Source: an uncultured Gemmatimonadales bacterium
Lineage (GTDB): Bacteria; Gemmatimonadota; Gemmatimonadetes; Longimicrobiales; RSA9
Assembly (NCBI GenBank): GCA_963816355.1
Contig: CAWFKH010000004.1
Coordinates: 160,001 to 224,000, forward strand
DNA: 64,000 nt
Direction of reading: 5' to 3'
Shown: piece by piece, positions 24,725 to 34,661 of the stretch
Numbering within the stretch: the stretch's first letter is position 1
Layout of the letters: each line of letters begins with the position of its first letter
Notes under the pieces: model-generated
What the model saw: the letters and a program-made list of their open reading frames with translations, nothing else
Databases searched by the model: none
What the model was told of the DNA's origin: nothing
Position numbers and translations under genes: made by a program

Positions 24725-25979
24725 CTACTTCACGATGAACCAGTAGGCGACGGTGGCGGTGAACACGAGGGCGAGCGCGAGCCCGATCGCCTGCAGCACG
24801 ACGAGGCGGCCGCGGGCCCGGCCGCCACCCTCGAGCGCGTCGGTGCGGCGGATCCCGCTCCTTGTGAGGTCGTAGATCCAGCCGAGGACGAGGACGATCG
24901 GGAAGGCGCCGAGGGTGAGGAACACGAGGACCGGGTAGACCCAGGCGGGCAGCGGCAGCGCCGGCAGCACGAGGTCCGCCGCCTGCAGCACGATGAAGGC
25001 GACCGCCAGATAGAGGATGGCGACGTTGACGACGCGCCGCCGCCGCAGCTCCTCGAGGAAGGAGGCGAGCACGGGGAGCCCCCGCAGGGCGCCGACGACC
25101 ACGTCGTCGGAGGCGGAGGGGGCGGCGCGGGCGTCGCGCAGGCCCTCCAGCCGCTGCGCGACGGTGGCGGCGGAGGGGCGGTGCCTCGGCTCCTTCGCGA
25201 GGCAGCGGAGGAGGAGGTCGGCGAGGCGCGGGTCGGCACCGTCCATCATGTCGCGAAGGTCGCGCGGCGTCTGCTGCACGTGCGCGAACCCGAGCTGCGC
25301 GGTGGCGGGGACGCGGTACGGCTGCTCGCCGGTGAGCAGCTCGTAGGCGAGGATGCCTAAGCTGTAGACGTCGGTCTCGGTGGTGAGCTGCGCGCCGGTG
25401 AGCTGCTCCGGGCTCATGTGCGTCGGATCGCCGAGCAGCTGGCCCTCCCGCGTCAAACGCGTCGCGGCTTCGGAGCCGGTCTCGAGGATGCCGGCGATGC
25501 CGAAGTCCGAGAGCACCGCGCGACCCGACTGCGCGTCGCAGAGCACGTTCGCGGGCCGCACGTCGCGGTGGATCACGCCCTGCGCGTGCGCGGCGGCGAG
25601 CGCCCCGGCGACCTGCGCGAGCACGTCCAGCGCCGCGTCGTAGCGCCAGCGGCCCTTCCGCCTTGAGCAGCTCGGCGGCGGTGCGGCCGTCGACGTACTC
25701 CATGACGATGAACGGCGTGCCGTCCGCGGTGCGGCCGATCCGATGGATCGCGACGACGGAGGGGTGCGAGACGCGCGCGGCGGCGAGCGCCTCGCGCTCG
25801 AAGCGGCGCCGGACGACGGTGTCGCTGGCGAGCGCCTCGAGCGGGACCTTGATCGCCACGAGGCGGTGAAGGGCGACGTCGCGGGCGAGAAAGACGCTCC
25901 CCATCGAGCCGGAGTCGAGCGCTCGAATCAGCTCGTAGTCGGGCGCGACCGCCTCGCGCAGCGCCGCCTCGACGCTCAT
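24725..25979 (-). pseudogene. Ser/Thr protein kinase with C-terminal 3-TM module; apparent +1 frameshift near 25645
   Basis: N-lobe (VAIK, RFEREA, FIVMEYVDG) lies in one frame and the C-lobe (HRDVRPAN, DFG, MSPEQ, DVYSLG) in another; total length 1255 = 3n+1. Confidence 0.85.
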
Positions 25980-25980
25980 C

Positions 25981-26036
25981 GCGGCGGCCGGGACGCGGCG
26001 CGGCGCGGCGGCCGGGACGCGGCGCGGCGCGGCGGC
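25981..26036. repeat. 24-bp tandem repeat (about 2.3 copies) directly upstream of the kinase ATG
   Basis: gcggcggccgggacgcggcgcggc x2 plus gcggcggc. Confidence 0.8.
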
Positions 26037-26128
26037 TGCGAGGCGCGCGCCGGAACCGTCATCCTTGTGGCGACGGAAGCGTCGGGTCCATGTTGGATCA
26101 TCCCGCTCCCTCTGCAGGAGGTCGACCG

Positions 26129-26551
26129 ATGAAGGCCTCGCTTCCCTGGGTTCTCCTCGCCGCGCTCGGCGCGGCTGCGTGCCAGACGCGCGCGCCGGGC
26201 GGCAATCCGCCGATCACCATCAACGTGACGTGTCCCGCGAACGGCCCGGTCACCGCGACGGTCGGCGAGTGGCGCCACCCCGTGCCACAGGGCGACGCGG
26301 TGACGTGGAAGCTCGGCGGCAACGGCTCCACGTCGCTGACGATCACGCCGAAAGATACGGCGCAGTGGCCATTCGCGAACCGGCGCCCGTCCGGCGGCCC
26401 CAATGCCGACGTCACGAGCGGACCGATGCAGGCGAACACGCAGGTGGGCACGGTGGTGCGGTACGGCCTCGAGGTGGCGTGCGACACGATCACGGTGGCG
26501 ATCGACCCGGAGCTGATCGTCGTGGGCCACGGCGGGAGCTCGGCGCAGTAG
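26129..26551 (+). CDS. Putative lipoprotein, beta-sandwich
   Basis: AGGAGG RBS; MKASLPWVLLAALGAAAC lipobox; IDPELIV C-terminal motif; two further Cys. Confidence 0.75.
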   Translation: MKASLPWVLLAALGAAACQTRAPGGNPPITINVTCPANGPVTATVGEWRHPVPQGDAVTWKLGGNGSTSLTITPKDTAQWPFANRRPSGGPNADVTSGPMQANTQVGTVVRYGLEVACDTITVAIDPELIVVGHGGSSAQ

Positions 26552-26624
26552 CACGCGGCGGTCGGGCCGCGGCTCCGGCCGGCCGGACGGGCGCCGCCCC
26601 CGAGGCGGTCGGCCGCGCACTACC

Positions 26625-28958
26625 TCAGCGGGCGGCGGAGCCGCCGCGGATCGCGGAGGCGCGCCGCTCGGCGTCGGCCGCGTCGGCGTCGCGGCCCGCC
26701 GCGCGGAGCATGCGCGCGTAATCGTCGAGTCCGTCGGCAAGGCTGGGATCGCTCGATCCGCGCGCGCTCTCGATCACGCGGAGCGCGCGCTGGTAGAGCG
26801 GCTCGGCGGCGGCGAAGCGGCGCTGATCGCGCAGCACGTTGGCGAGACCGACCAGCGTGGTGCCGATCGACGGATTGTCGGGCGCGAACCGCTGCTCCTT
26901 CATCCGCAGCACATCGCGGAAGACCTGCTCCGCCTCGTCGAGACGGCCGTTCTTCTCGTACACCTCCGCGAGATTGTTCAGGACCATCAGCCGGCTCGGA
27001 TCATCGGGCGAGACGGCGTCGTAGATGTCGCGGGCGCGCTCGTAGGCGCGCTGCGCGGCCTCGTACTTCCCTTCCATGAAGTAGAGGATGCCCAGGTTGT
27101 TCATGCCCGCCGCGATGTCGGGTGAGTTGGGGGGGAGCACCTTCTCACGGATCGCTACGGCGCGCTCGATGTACGGCCTCGCGTCGGCGAAGCGGCGCTG
27201 GGACCAGTACAACCCGTACAGGTGGTCGAGCGAGACCGCGACCGCGGCGGAGGAATCGCCGAACAGCTCGGTGCGCAGGCTCAGCGCCTCCCGGAGTGGC
27301 GGCTCGGCGTCCGCATATCGGCCCACCACTAGGTAGAGGCCGCCGAGCTGGTCGAGCGCGGTCGCGAGCTGCTGGCTGTCGCGCGGCAGGCCGCGGCGCC
27401 CGAGCTCGACGGCGCGGCGGAGCAGCGGCTCGGCGCGGTCGTAGTTGCCCTGTTGCCGGTAGAGCGTGCCGAGCCGCTCCAGGCCGATCGCGAGGTCGGC
27501 GTCGTCGCCGTTCTGCCGGTCGAGCGTGACGGCGCGCTCGAGGAGCGGCTGCGCGTCGGCGTAGAGGCCGAGCTCGCGGTAGACATCGCCGATCGTGCGC
27601 TCCAGCCGCGCCTGCACCACCGGCTGATCGCCTAGCTCGGCGCTGATCTTCTCCGCGCCGCGGTCGAGGATCTCGCGCGCGGTGATCGTGTTGCCGCGCG
27701 ACTCGCTCGGGTCGTTCACCTGAAAGAGGGAGACGAGGAAGTCCGAGACGTGGCGCGCCGTCTCCGCTTCGCGCACCGCTTCCGCCTGCGCCCGGCGGGC
27801 GCGCACCATGCCGAACGTGGTGGCGGCGCCGCCGGCGAGGACGGCGAACGCCGCCACGCCGGCCGCGAGGACGACGTTGCGGTTGCGGCGCACGAACTTG
27901 CCGAGGCGGTAGCGGGCGCTGGGCGGGCGCGCGAGGATCGGCTCGGCGGCGAGGTGGCGTCCGATGTCGAGCGCCATCTCGTTGGCGGTGTCGTAGCGCC
28001 GCGTGCGGTCCTTGTCCATCGCCTTGAGGACGATCCAGTCGAGATCGCCGCGGATGCGGCGCTCGAGCTGCGCAGTGGCCATCGAACGGTGGCGGGCGAT
28101 CGCGTCGGAGGTCGGCGGCGGGAGCAGCGCCAGGCGGGTGCCGGGCGCCGGCGTCTCGCGCTCGCGCAGGGCATACGGCACGGTGCCGGCCGGCTTCGAC
28201 TGCAGGTCGAAGGGGAGCACGCCGACGAGCAGCTCGTAGAGCATGACGCCGAGCGAGTAGATGTCGGTGCGCGTGTCGACGTCGAGCCCCGACATCTCCG
28301 CCTGCTCCGGGCTCATGTACTCCGGGGTGCCGACCATCTGGCCGAGGCGCGTGACGAGCGTGTGATCGGTGAGGCCCTGTCCCATCGCCTTCGCGATGCC
28401 GAAATCGATCACCTTCACGACCGGCTTCGCCTCGCGCACGGTGACGAGCACGTTCGAAGGCTTCAGATCGCGGTGGATCACGCTCTTCTGGTGGGCGTGC
28501 TGCACGGCGGCGCAGACGTCCATGAAGAGGCGCAGGCGCGCGTCCACGTCGAGCCTGTGCGTGTCCGCGTACGCGGTGATCGGCGTGCCCTGCACCAGCT
28601 CCATCACGAAGTACGGTCGCCCGGTCGCCGTCGCGCCGCCGTCGAACACTTTCGCGATGTTCGGGTGGTCCATCACCGCGAGCGCCTGCCGCTCCGACTC
28701 GAAGCGGGCGACCACCTGCTTCGTGTCCATCCCCAGCTTGATGATCTTCAGCGCCACGCGGCGGCGTACCGGCGCGGCCTGCTCGGCGAGGTAGACCATC
28801 CCCATGCCGCCCTCGCCGAGGACGTCCAGGATGCGGTACGCACCGATGTGGTCGGGGACGTCGTCGAGAAAGGCGGCGCCGGAGGCGGCGGAGGGCAGCG
28901 GATCAGGGACGCCGCCGGAATCCGTCACCGGTGCTCGGTCAGAGTCGGATTCGGGCAT
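26625..28958 (-). CDS. Ser/Thr protein kinase with TM helix and TPR repeats
   Basis: LGEGGMG.VY, VALK, HRDLKPSN, DFGIAK, GTPEYMSPEQ, GDLDWIVLKA; TM; multiple TPR_10/12-like repeats. Confidence 0.95.
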   Translation of the reverse strand: MPESDSDRAPVTDSGGVPDPLPSAASGAAFLDDVPDHIGAYRILDVLGEGGMGMVYLAEQAAPVRRRVALKIIKLGMDTKQVVARFESERQALAVMDHPNIAKVFDGGATATGRPYFVMELVQGTPITAYADTHRLDVDARLRLFMDVCAAVQHAHQKSVIHRDLKPSNVLVTVREAKPVVKVIDFGIAKAMGQGLTDHTLVTRLGQMVGTPEYMSPEQAEMSGLDVDTRTDIYSLGVMLYELLVGVLPFDLQSKPAGTVPYALRERETPAPGTRLALLPPPTSDAIARHRSMATAQLERRIRGDLDWIVLKAMDKDRTRRYDTANEMALDIGRHLAAEPILARPPSARYRLGKFVRRNRNVVLAAGVAAFAVLAGGAATTFGMVRARRAQAEAVREAETARHVSDFLVSLFQVNDPSESRGNTITAREILDRGAEKISAELGDQPVVQARLERTIGDVYRELGLYADAQPLLERAVTLDRQNGDDADLAIGLERLGTLYRQQGNYDRAEPLLRRAVELGRRGLPRDSQQLATALDQLGGLYLVVGRYADAEPPLREALSLRTELFGDSSAAVAVSLDHLYGLYWSQRRFADARPYIERAVAIREKVLPPNSPDIAAGMNNLGILYFMEGKYEAAQRAYERARDIYDAVSPDDPSRLMVLNNLAEVYEKNGRLDEAEQVFRDVLRMKEQRFAPDNPSIGTTLVGLANVLRDQRRFAAAEPLYQRALRVIESARGSSDPSLADGLDDYARMLRAAGRDADAADAERRASAIRGGSAAR

Positions 28959-29059
28959 CGGTCGCCTTGCGGGAGAGAATCACTGTATGGTTTCACACCC
29001 GCGGCGCCGCTGTCAACGAGCGTCGCGAGCGATCGGACGACCGCGCGACCCGCGCCGCC

Positions 29060-29560
29060 TCATTCGAGGCCGTGCTCGACCCTCTCCTCGGGGACGTGGC
29101 GGACGTGCGGGAAGCGATCGATGATGCGGACGCACGTGTTCCAGCGCAGGATGGCGTCGTCGTTGTCGGGCGGACGCACGCGTTCGGCTCGCTCGAAGCA
29201 CTCCATGGCGCGCCGCAACTGGTTGTACGCCTCGCCGCCGCTGCCGGGCGCGCCGCGGCGCAGCAGCGCCTTCGCGTGGCGCTCGTGGAGGATCCCCTCG
29301 TAGTAGGCGCGCTCGTAGTCGCCGTCGAGCTCACCGAGAAGGCGCACCGCTTCGGCGACGACGCCGCCCCCCTCCTCCCCGATGCGGTCCGAGAGCGCGA
29401 GCACGAGCGTGATGTGGGCGCGGCGATTGCCCGGATCGACGGCGAGGACGTCCCGGCAGATGCTGTCGGCCTCCGCCGGCTCGTTCAGCAGGCGGTAGTG
29501 CTCCGCCTTCGCGAGCGCGGCGTCGATCCCCGCGGGCGACAGCTTCTTCAGTTCGGACAT
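29060..29560 (-). CDS. Conserved hypothetical TPR-like helical protein, last gene of the sdh operon
   Basis: Starts 7 nt after the sdhB stop; KAEHYRLLNEP.EADSICRDVL, YERAYYEGI..ER, DDAILRWNTC. Confidence 0.75.
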   Translation of the reverse strand: MSELKKLSPAGIDAALAKAEHYRLLNEPAEADSICRDVLAVDPGNRRAHITLVLALSDRIGEEGGGVVAEAVRLLGELDGDYERAYYEGILHERHAKALLRRGAPGSGGEAYNQLRRAMECFERAERVRPPDNDDAILRWNTCVRIIDRFPHVRHVPEERVEHGLE

Positions 29561-29567
29561 CGAGGCC

Positions 29568-30356
29568 TCACGGGAGGGAAGTGGGCGGCGGCGGCGCGGG
29601 GACGGCCTTGCGCGTCGGGCGCCGCACGAGCCGGACGAGGCGCGCGACCGGGTCGTATGCCCGGTCGACGACGCGCTCCTTCAGCGGGATGATCGCGTTG
29701 TCCGTGATCGTGATGTTCTCCGGGCAGACGCGCGTGCAGCACTTCGTGATGTTGCAGTAGCCGATGCCGTGATGCTCGCGCAGGTCGTCGCGGCGGTCCT
29801 CGACATCGAGCGGGTGCATCTCGAGCGCGGCGGTGTGGACGAGGAAGCGCGGCCCGATGAAGCTGTCGTGGCGGTGATGCTCCCGCAGCACGTGGCAGAC
29901 GTCCTGGCAGAGGAAGCACTCGATGCACTTGCGGAACTCCATCACGCGGTCGACGTCGCGCTGGTCCATCCGCCAGGTGCCGTCGGGCGCGTCCGGCGCC
30001 CGCGGATGGAACGGCTTGATGCGGCGCTTCACGTCGTAGTTCCACGAGACGTCCGTGACCAGGTCGCGCAGCAGCGGAAACGCCTTCATCGGCTCGATGC
30101 GGACCGGCTTCTCGAGCGGTAGCTGGTTGAGCCGCGTCATGCACATGAGGCGCGGCATGCCGTTCACCTCCGCGGAGCAGGAGCCGCACTTCCCCGCCTT
30201 GCAGTTCCATCGCACCGCGAGGTCGTGCGCCTGCTCGGCCTGGATGCGATGCACCGCATCGAGCACCACCATGCCGGCCGAGATCTCCGTCTCGTAGGAG
30301 CGGAACTCGCCGCCGCCCGCGTCGCCCCGCCAGATCTCGAACGTCGCCGTCGTCAT
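29568..30356 (-). CDS. sdhB: Succinate dehydrogenase/fumarate reductase iron-sulfur subunit (mycobacterial Sdh1-type)
   Basis: WNCKAGKCGSC...C, CIECFLCQDVC, CNITKCCTRVC. Confidence 0.93.
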   Translation of the reverse strand: MTTATFEIWRGDAGGGEFRSYETEISAGMVVLDAVHRIQAEQAHDLAVRWNCKAGKCGSCSAEVNGMPRLMCMTRLNQLPLEKPVRIEPMKAFPLLRDLVTDVSWNYDVKRRIKPFHPRAPDAPDGTWRMDQRDVDRVMEFRKCIECFLCQDVCHVLREHHRHDSFIGPRFLVHTAALEMHPLDVEDRRDDLREHHGIGYCNITKCCTRVCPENITITDNAIIPLKERVVDRAYDPVARLVRLVRRPTRKAVPAPPPPTSLP

Positions 30357-30384
30357 CACGCGTCTCTCCTCGCCGGACGCCGCA

Positions 30385-32199
30385 TCACTTCATCTCCTCG
30401 ATCACCGCCGCGAGCTCGGCCGGCAGCGGCCGCACCGCCTCGCGCCGCACTCGCATCGCGCCGTCGTCGCCCTTCGAGACGACGAGGTTGTGCTTCCCCC
30501 ACTCCGCATCCTTCTGCGGGTGGTCGTCGCGGAAATGGGCGCCGCGGCTCTCGCGCCGCTCGAGCGCGCAGCGCGCGACCGCCTCCGCGACCGTCACGAG
30601 GTGGCGCAGGTCGAGCGCGGTGTTCCAGCCGGGGTTGTACTCCCGGTTGCCGACGACGCCGACCCGGGCGGCGCGCTCGCGCAGCTCCGCGATGCGGCCG
30701 ATCGCCCGCTCCATCTCCTCTTCGCGACGCACGATCCCGACGAGGTCCTGCATCGTGTCCTGCAGCTCGCGCTGGATCGCGTACGGATCGTCGCCCGGCG
30801 CCTCGCGCTCGAACGGCGCGAGCGCGGCCGCCGCGGTCTGCGCGGCCGCCGCGTCGTCGATGCGGCCGGGCGCGTGCTCGCGCGCCCACAGGGCGGCGTG
30901 CTCGCCCGCGCGCTTGCCGAAGACGAGCAGGTCCGAGAGGGAATTGCCGCCGAGCCGGTTCGCGCCGTGCAGCCCCGCCGCCGCCTCGCCCGCCGCGAAG
31001 AGGCCGGGCACGGTCGACATCTGCGTGTCCGCATCCACGCGCACGCCGCCCATGGCGTAGTGCGTGGTGGGCCCCACTTCCATCGCCTCGCGCGTGATGT
31101 CGATGTCGGCGAGCTGCTTGAACTGGTGGTACATGCTCGGCAGCTTGCGGCGGATGTGGGCTTCCGCCTCCGGCAGCCGCTCGCGGATCCACGCGATGTC
31201 GAGGAAAACGCCGCCGTGCGGGCTGCCGCGCCCCTCGCGCACCTCGCGCACGATCATGCGGGCCACGTGGTCGCGCGTCAGCAGCTCCGGCGGACGCCGC
31301 GCCTCGCGGTCGCCCTGCGTGTAGCGCCACCCCTCGTCCTCGTTGTCCGCGGTCTGGTCACGGTAGAGCGGCGGGATCTCGTCGAACATGAAACGCCGCC
31401 CCTCTGCGTTGCGGAGCACGCCCCCCTCCCCGCGTACGCCCTCGGTGACCAGGATGCCCCGCACGCTGGGCGGCCACACCATGCCCGTGGGATGGAACTG
31501 CACGAACTCCATGTCGATCAGGTCGGCGCCCGCGTCGTAGGCGAGGTCGTGACCGTCGCCGGTGTACTCCCACGAGTTGCTGGTGATGCGGAACGCGCGG
31601 CCGATGCCGCCGGTGGCGAGGACGACGGCGGCCGCGCGGAAGACGCGGAAGCGGCCGCGCTCGCGGTCGTAGGCGAAGGCGCCGGCGACGCGCTCGCCGT
31701 CCTTGAGCAGCCGCACGACCGTGCACTCCATGTGGAAGTCGATGCCGCGGTGCACGCCGTGGTCCTGCAGCGTGCGAATCATCTCGAGGCCGGTGCGGTC
31801 GCCCACGTGCGCCAGGCGCGGGTAGGCGTGGCCGCCGAAGTTGCGCTGCAGGATGCGGCCATCGGCGGTGCGGTCGAACAGCGCGCCCCACGCCTCCAGC
31901 TCGCGCACCCGCTCGGGCGCCTCCTTCGCGTGCAGCTCCGCCATGCGCCAGTTGTTGACGTACTGGCCGCCGCGCATCGTGTCGGCGAAATGGACGCGCC
32001 AGTTGTCGCGGTCGTCCACGTTCGCGAGCGAGGCGGCGATGCCGCCCTCCGCCATCACCGTGTGCGCCTTGCCGAGCAGCGACTTGCACACGACGCCGAC
32101 AGAGACGCCGCCGGCGGAAGCCTCGATCGCGGCGCGCAAGCCGGCGCCGCCCGCGCCGATCACCAGGACGTCGTGCTCGAAGATCTCGTACGCGCTCAT
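30385..32199 (-). CDS. sdhA: Succinate dehydrogenase/fumarate reductase flavoprotein subunit (Sdh1-type)
   Basis: GAGGAG, KAHTVMAEGG (covalent FAD His), QFHPTG, TEGVRGEGG, HY.MGG, HGANRLGGNSL, ESRGAH. Confidence 0.95.
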   Translation of the reverse strand: MSAYEIFEHDVLVIGAGGAGLRAAIEASAGGVSVGVVCKSLLGKAHTVMAEGGIAASLANVDDRDNWRVHFADTMRGGQYVNNWRMAELHAKEAPERVRELEAWGALFDRTADGRILQRNFGGHAYPRLAHVGDRTGLEMIRTLQDHGVHRGIDFHMECTVVRLLKDGERVAGAFAYDRERGRFRVFRAAAVVLATGGIGRAFRITSNSWEYTGDGHDLAYDAGADLIDMEFVQFHPTGMVWPPSVRGILVTEGVRGEGGVLRNAEGRRFMFDEIPPLYRDQTADNEDEGWRYTQGDREARRPPELLTRDHVARMIVREVREGRGSPHGGVFLDIAWIRERLPEAEAHIRRKLPSMYHQFKQLADIDITREAMEVGPTTHYAMGGVRVDADTQMSTVPGLFAAGEAAAGLHGANRLGGNSLSDLLVFGKRAGEHAALWAREHAPGRIDDAAAAQTAAAALAPFEREAPGDDPYAIQRELQDTMQDLVGIVRREEEMERAIGRIAELRERAARVGVVGNREYNPGWNTALDLRHLVTVAEAVARCALERRESRGAHFRDDHPQKDAEWGKHNLVVSKGDDGAMRVRREAVRPLPAELAAVIEEMK

Positions 32200-32209
32200 C
32201 GGCGATGCC

Positions 32210-33013
32210 TCACAGGATCCGCCAGTCGCGGAACACGCCCATCGCGAGCATGCGTACGTAGAAGTCGCTGAACGCCACCCAGAACAGGCTCGCCCACGCC
32301 CACCGCATGTGGCCGCGGTTGAGGCAGCTCGCGCAGCGGTACGCGACGCTCTGGACGGGTGCCTTCGACAGCTGCGTGAGGCGGCCGCCCACGAGGTGCC
32401 GCAACGAATGGCAGCCCAGCACGTAGCCGCCGAGCAGGATCGCGTTCATCGTCAGCACGATCGAGCCGACGCCGATGCCGAAGTGGCGGGCCCCGGTCGC
32501 GGCGTCCGCGAACCAGAACGCCTCCCACGCGTCGCGCGCCAGGATCACGATGAAGAAGAGCGAGATGTAGAGGAAGTAGCGGTGCACGTTCTGCAGGATG
32601 AGCGGGAAGTGCCGCTCGCCGAGGTAGCGTTTGCGCGGCTCGCCGACCGCGCACGACGGCGGATCGGCCCAGAAGGCCTTGTAGTACGCGCCGCGGTAGT
32701 AGTAGCAGGTGAGGCGCATGCCGCCGGGCGCCCACAGGATCAGGAGGGCGGGCGAGAAGACGAGCCCTGCGGGCCACCACGCGGGGCGGCCGGCGAACCA
32801 CGCGTGCGGCGAAGGGCCCCAGATCTCCGGCGAGTAGAAGGGCGAGAGGTACGGCCCCCACCAGTAGTTCGCACCCTGGAAGGCGGCCCACGTCGCGTAC
32901 ACGACGAACGCGCCGAGAGCGAGGAAGACCGCGCTCGGCGTGAGCCACCAGGCCCCGGGTCTCGAGGTCTCGCCGAACGTGCGTCGAGGCAGCGGTGCCA
33001 CTGCGTGCGCCAT
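32210..33013 (-). CDS. Sdh1/type F membrane anchor subunit
   Basis: ATG at 33013 after GGAGG; YLSPFYSP, RLTCYYYRGAYYKAFW..PP.C, NVHRYF, GCHSLRHL, HMRWAW motifs like the Rv0249c family. Confidence 0.88.
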   Translation of the reverse strand: MAHAVAPLPRRTFGETSRPGAWWLTPSAVFLALGAFVVYATWAAFQGANYWWGPYLSPFYSPEIWGPSPHAWFAGRPAWWPAGLVFSPALLILWAPGGMRLTCYYYRGAYYKAFWADPPSCAVGEPRKRYLGERHFPLILQNVHRYFLYISLFFIVILARDAWEAFWFADAATGARHFGIGVGSIVLTMNAILLGGYVLGCHSLRHLVGGRLTQLSKAPVQSVAYRCASCLNRGHMRWAWASLFWVAFSDFYVRMLAMGVFRDWRIL

Positions 33014-33315
33014 CGGACCTCCCACGAAGGAAGCGTCGCGCTGCTGCGAGAGTGGAAAGCCGGCGTCCCCGGACGAGCGGCGACGCCGTCGCCGGCGGAC
33101 GATCCGGTCCAGCAGAATAAGGGCGGCGCCGGAGGAGCGCCAACCCGCCGCCCGACGTGTAGGGGATCGGCCCACGCGACATCCGCTCCTTCCCCACGGC
33201 GCCCGGCGACGGACGCGCGTAGCGTGAAGAGGACGCGCGCCGGCGGCACACGGATCGGCGCGGCCTGCTCCGCGCCGCCGCGCGCCCCGCGGCGCCAGCG
33301 AAGGATCGGTGCCCC

Positions 33316-34089
33316 GTGACGCCGTTCACCGCGAAGCAGTTCTTCGACGTCTTCACCGCCTACAACGAGGCCGTTTGGCCCGCGCCGGTGCTGCTGCTGC
33401 TGGGCGCGCTCGTCCTCGCCTACACGGCGGCTCAGCCGAGCCGCCTCGGCGCCGGGGGAGTCGCGGCCGCGCTCGGCCTGCTCTGGATCTGGACCGGCGC
33501 GGTCTACCACCTGGCCTTCTTCACCACGATCGATCCGCTCGCCTGGCTCTTCGGCGGCGCTTTCCTGCTGCAGGGCGTGTTGCTCGCGGCCGCGGGAGCG
33601 CGCCACGCCATCACGTTCGGCACGGGCGACGATGGGGCGTGGGGCGGCGGTGGCGCGCGCGCGGTCGTCGGAGCGATCTTCGTCGCGTACGCGCTCGTGG
33701 GCTACCCGTGGGTCGGCCACCTCACGGGGCACGCGTACCCGGCGACGCCGACGTTCGGGGCGCCGTGTCCGACGACGATCTTCACCTTCGGCGTCCTGCT
33801 CTGGGCTCGCGGACGCGTCCCACCGGCGTTGCTCGTGGTTCCGGCGCTCTGGTCCGTGATCGGCACCACCGCCGTCGTCGCCTTCGGCGTCGTGCAGGAT
33901 GCGGCGCTGATCGTGGCGGGCGGAGTGGGAACCGTGATGATCCTGGCCGGCAACCGGTCCGTCCGCCTCCGGATGGCGGCGCGCCGGGCGGCCGGGCCGC
34001 CGTCGGAGACAGGGCACGACGAAGACGGCCGCGAGCGTGCCCACCGGGCGACGGGCTCGACGGGCGCACCCGGCGGCGGCATCTTGTAG
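33316..34089 (+). CDS. DUF6064-like multi-pass membrane protein
   Basis: PFT..QFFDVF..YN.AVWP, FGAPCPTTIFTFG motifs. Confidence 0.8.
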   Translation: MTPFTAKQFFDVFTAYNEAVWPAPVLLLLGALVLAYTAAQPSRLGAGGVAAALGLLWIWTGAVYHLAFFTTIDPLAWLFGGAFLLQGVLLAAAGARHAITFGTGDDGAWGGGGARAVVGAIFVAYALVGYPWVGHLTGHAYPATPTFGAPCPTTIFTFGVLLWARGRVPPALLVVPALWSVIGTTAVVAFGVVQDAALIVAGGVGTVMILAGNRSVRLRMAARRAAGPPSETGHDEDGRERAHRATGSTGAPGGGIL

Positions 34090-34121
34090 GCGCGACACGA
34101 CACTCGAGCACAGAGGTGGTG

Positions 34122-34634
34122 ATGGCGAAGCGGCCGGAAGTCCGCAGCTACGATTACGTCAACCACCCCTACGACGACGTACGGGTGGCGCTCACCGCCG
34201 ACGCCCTCGAGGCGTTCCGCTCCGCGACGCGGGCGGCGGCGGCGCGCGCGCGCTCTCTCGCCGCCGAGCTGCGCGTCGACGTCGCCGGGATCGAGATCGG
34301 ACGCGAGATCGACATCGTCGTCAAGGCGATCGACGAGGTGACCGGCGGCGCCGGAGGCACGCCCGTGACCCGTATCCGCATCGGCTGGCAGGCGGCGAAG
34401 CGGCCCCGGCTCTTCCCCCTGATGGACGCGGTCCTCAGCCTCTATCCGCTCACGGCGACGGAGACGCAGCTCGACTTCTCGGGCCGCTACGAGCCGCCAC
34501 TCGGCGTCGTCGGCGCGGCCCTGAACGCGGTCGCGGGCCGCCGCATCGCGGAAGCCTCCGTGCACCGTTTCGTCGCCGACGTCGCGCACCACCTGCGAGA
34601 GCGACTCGGCGAAGGTGCGCCGCGGTCCGGCTGA
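34122..34634 (+). CDS. Hypothetical protein, possible SRPBCC/START-like fold
   Basis: ATG after GAGGTGG; W.....LFP.MDA.L......T.L...GRYEPPLG.VG.A..A..G.RIA pattern. Confidence 0.7.
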   Translation: MAKRPEVRSYDYVNHPYDDVRVALTADALEAFRSATRAAAARARSLAAELRVDVAGIEIGREIDIVVKAIDEVTGGAGGTPVTRIRIGWQAAKRPRLFPLMDAVLSLYPLTATETQLDFSGRYEPPLGVVGAALNAVAGRRIAEASVHRFVADVAHHLRERLGEGAPRSG

Positions 34635-34661
34635 GCCGACCCCCCCAGACCGGAGAGCCCC

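Noticed and set aside
28981..29016. TTGACA on the minus strand upstream of the TPR kinase
   Set aside because: Best -10-like hexamer (TACAGT) is 23 nt away; spacing is not canonical
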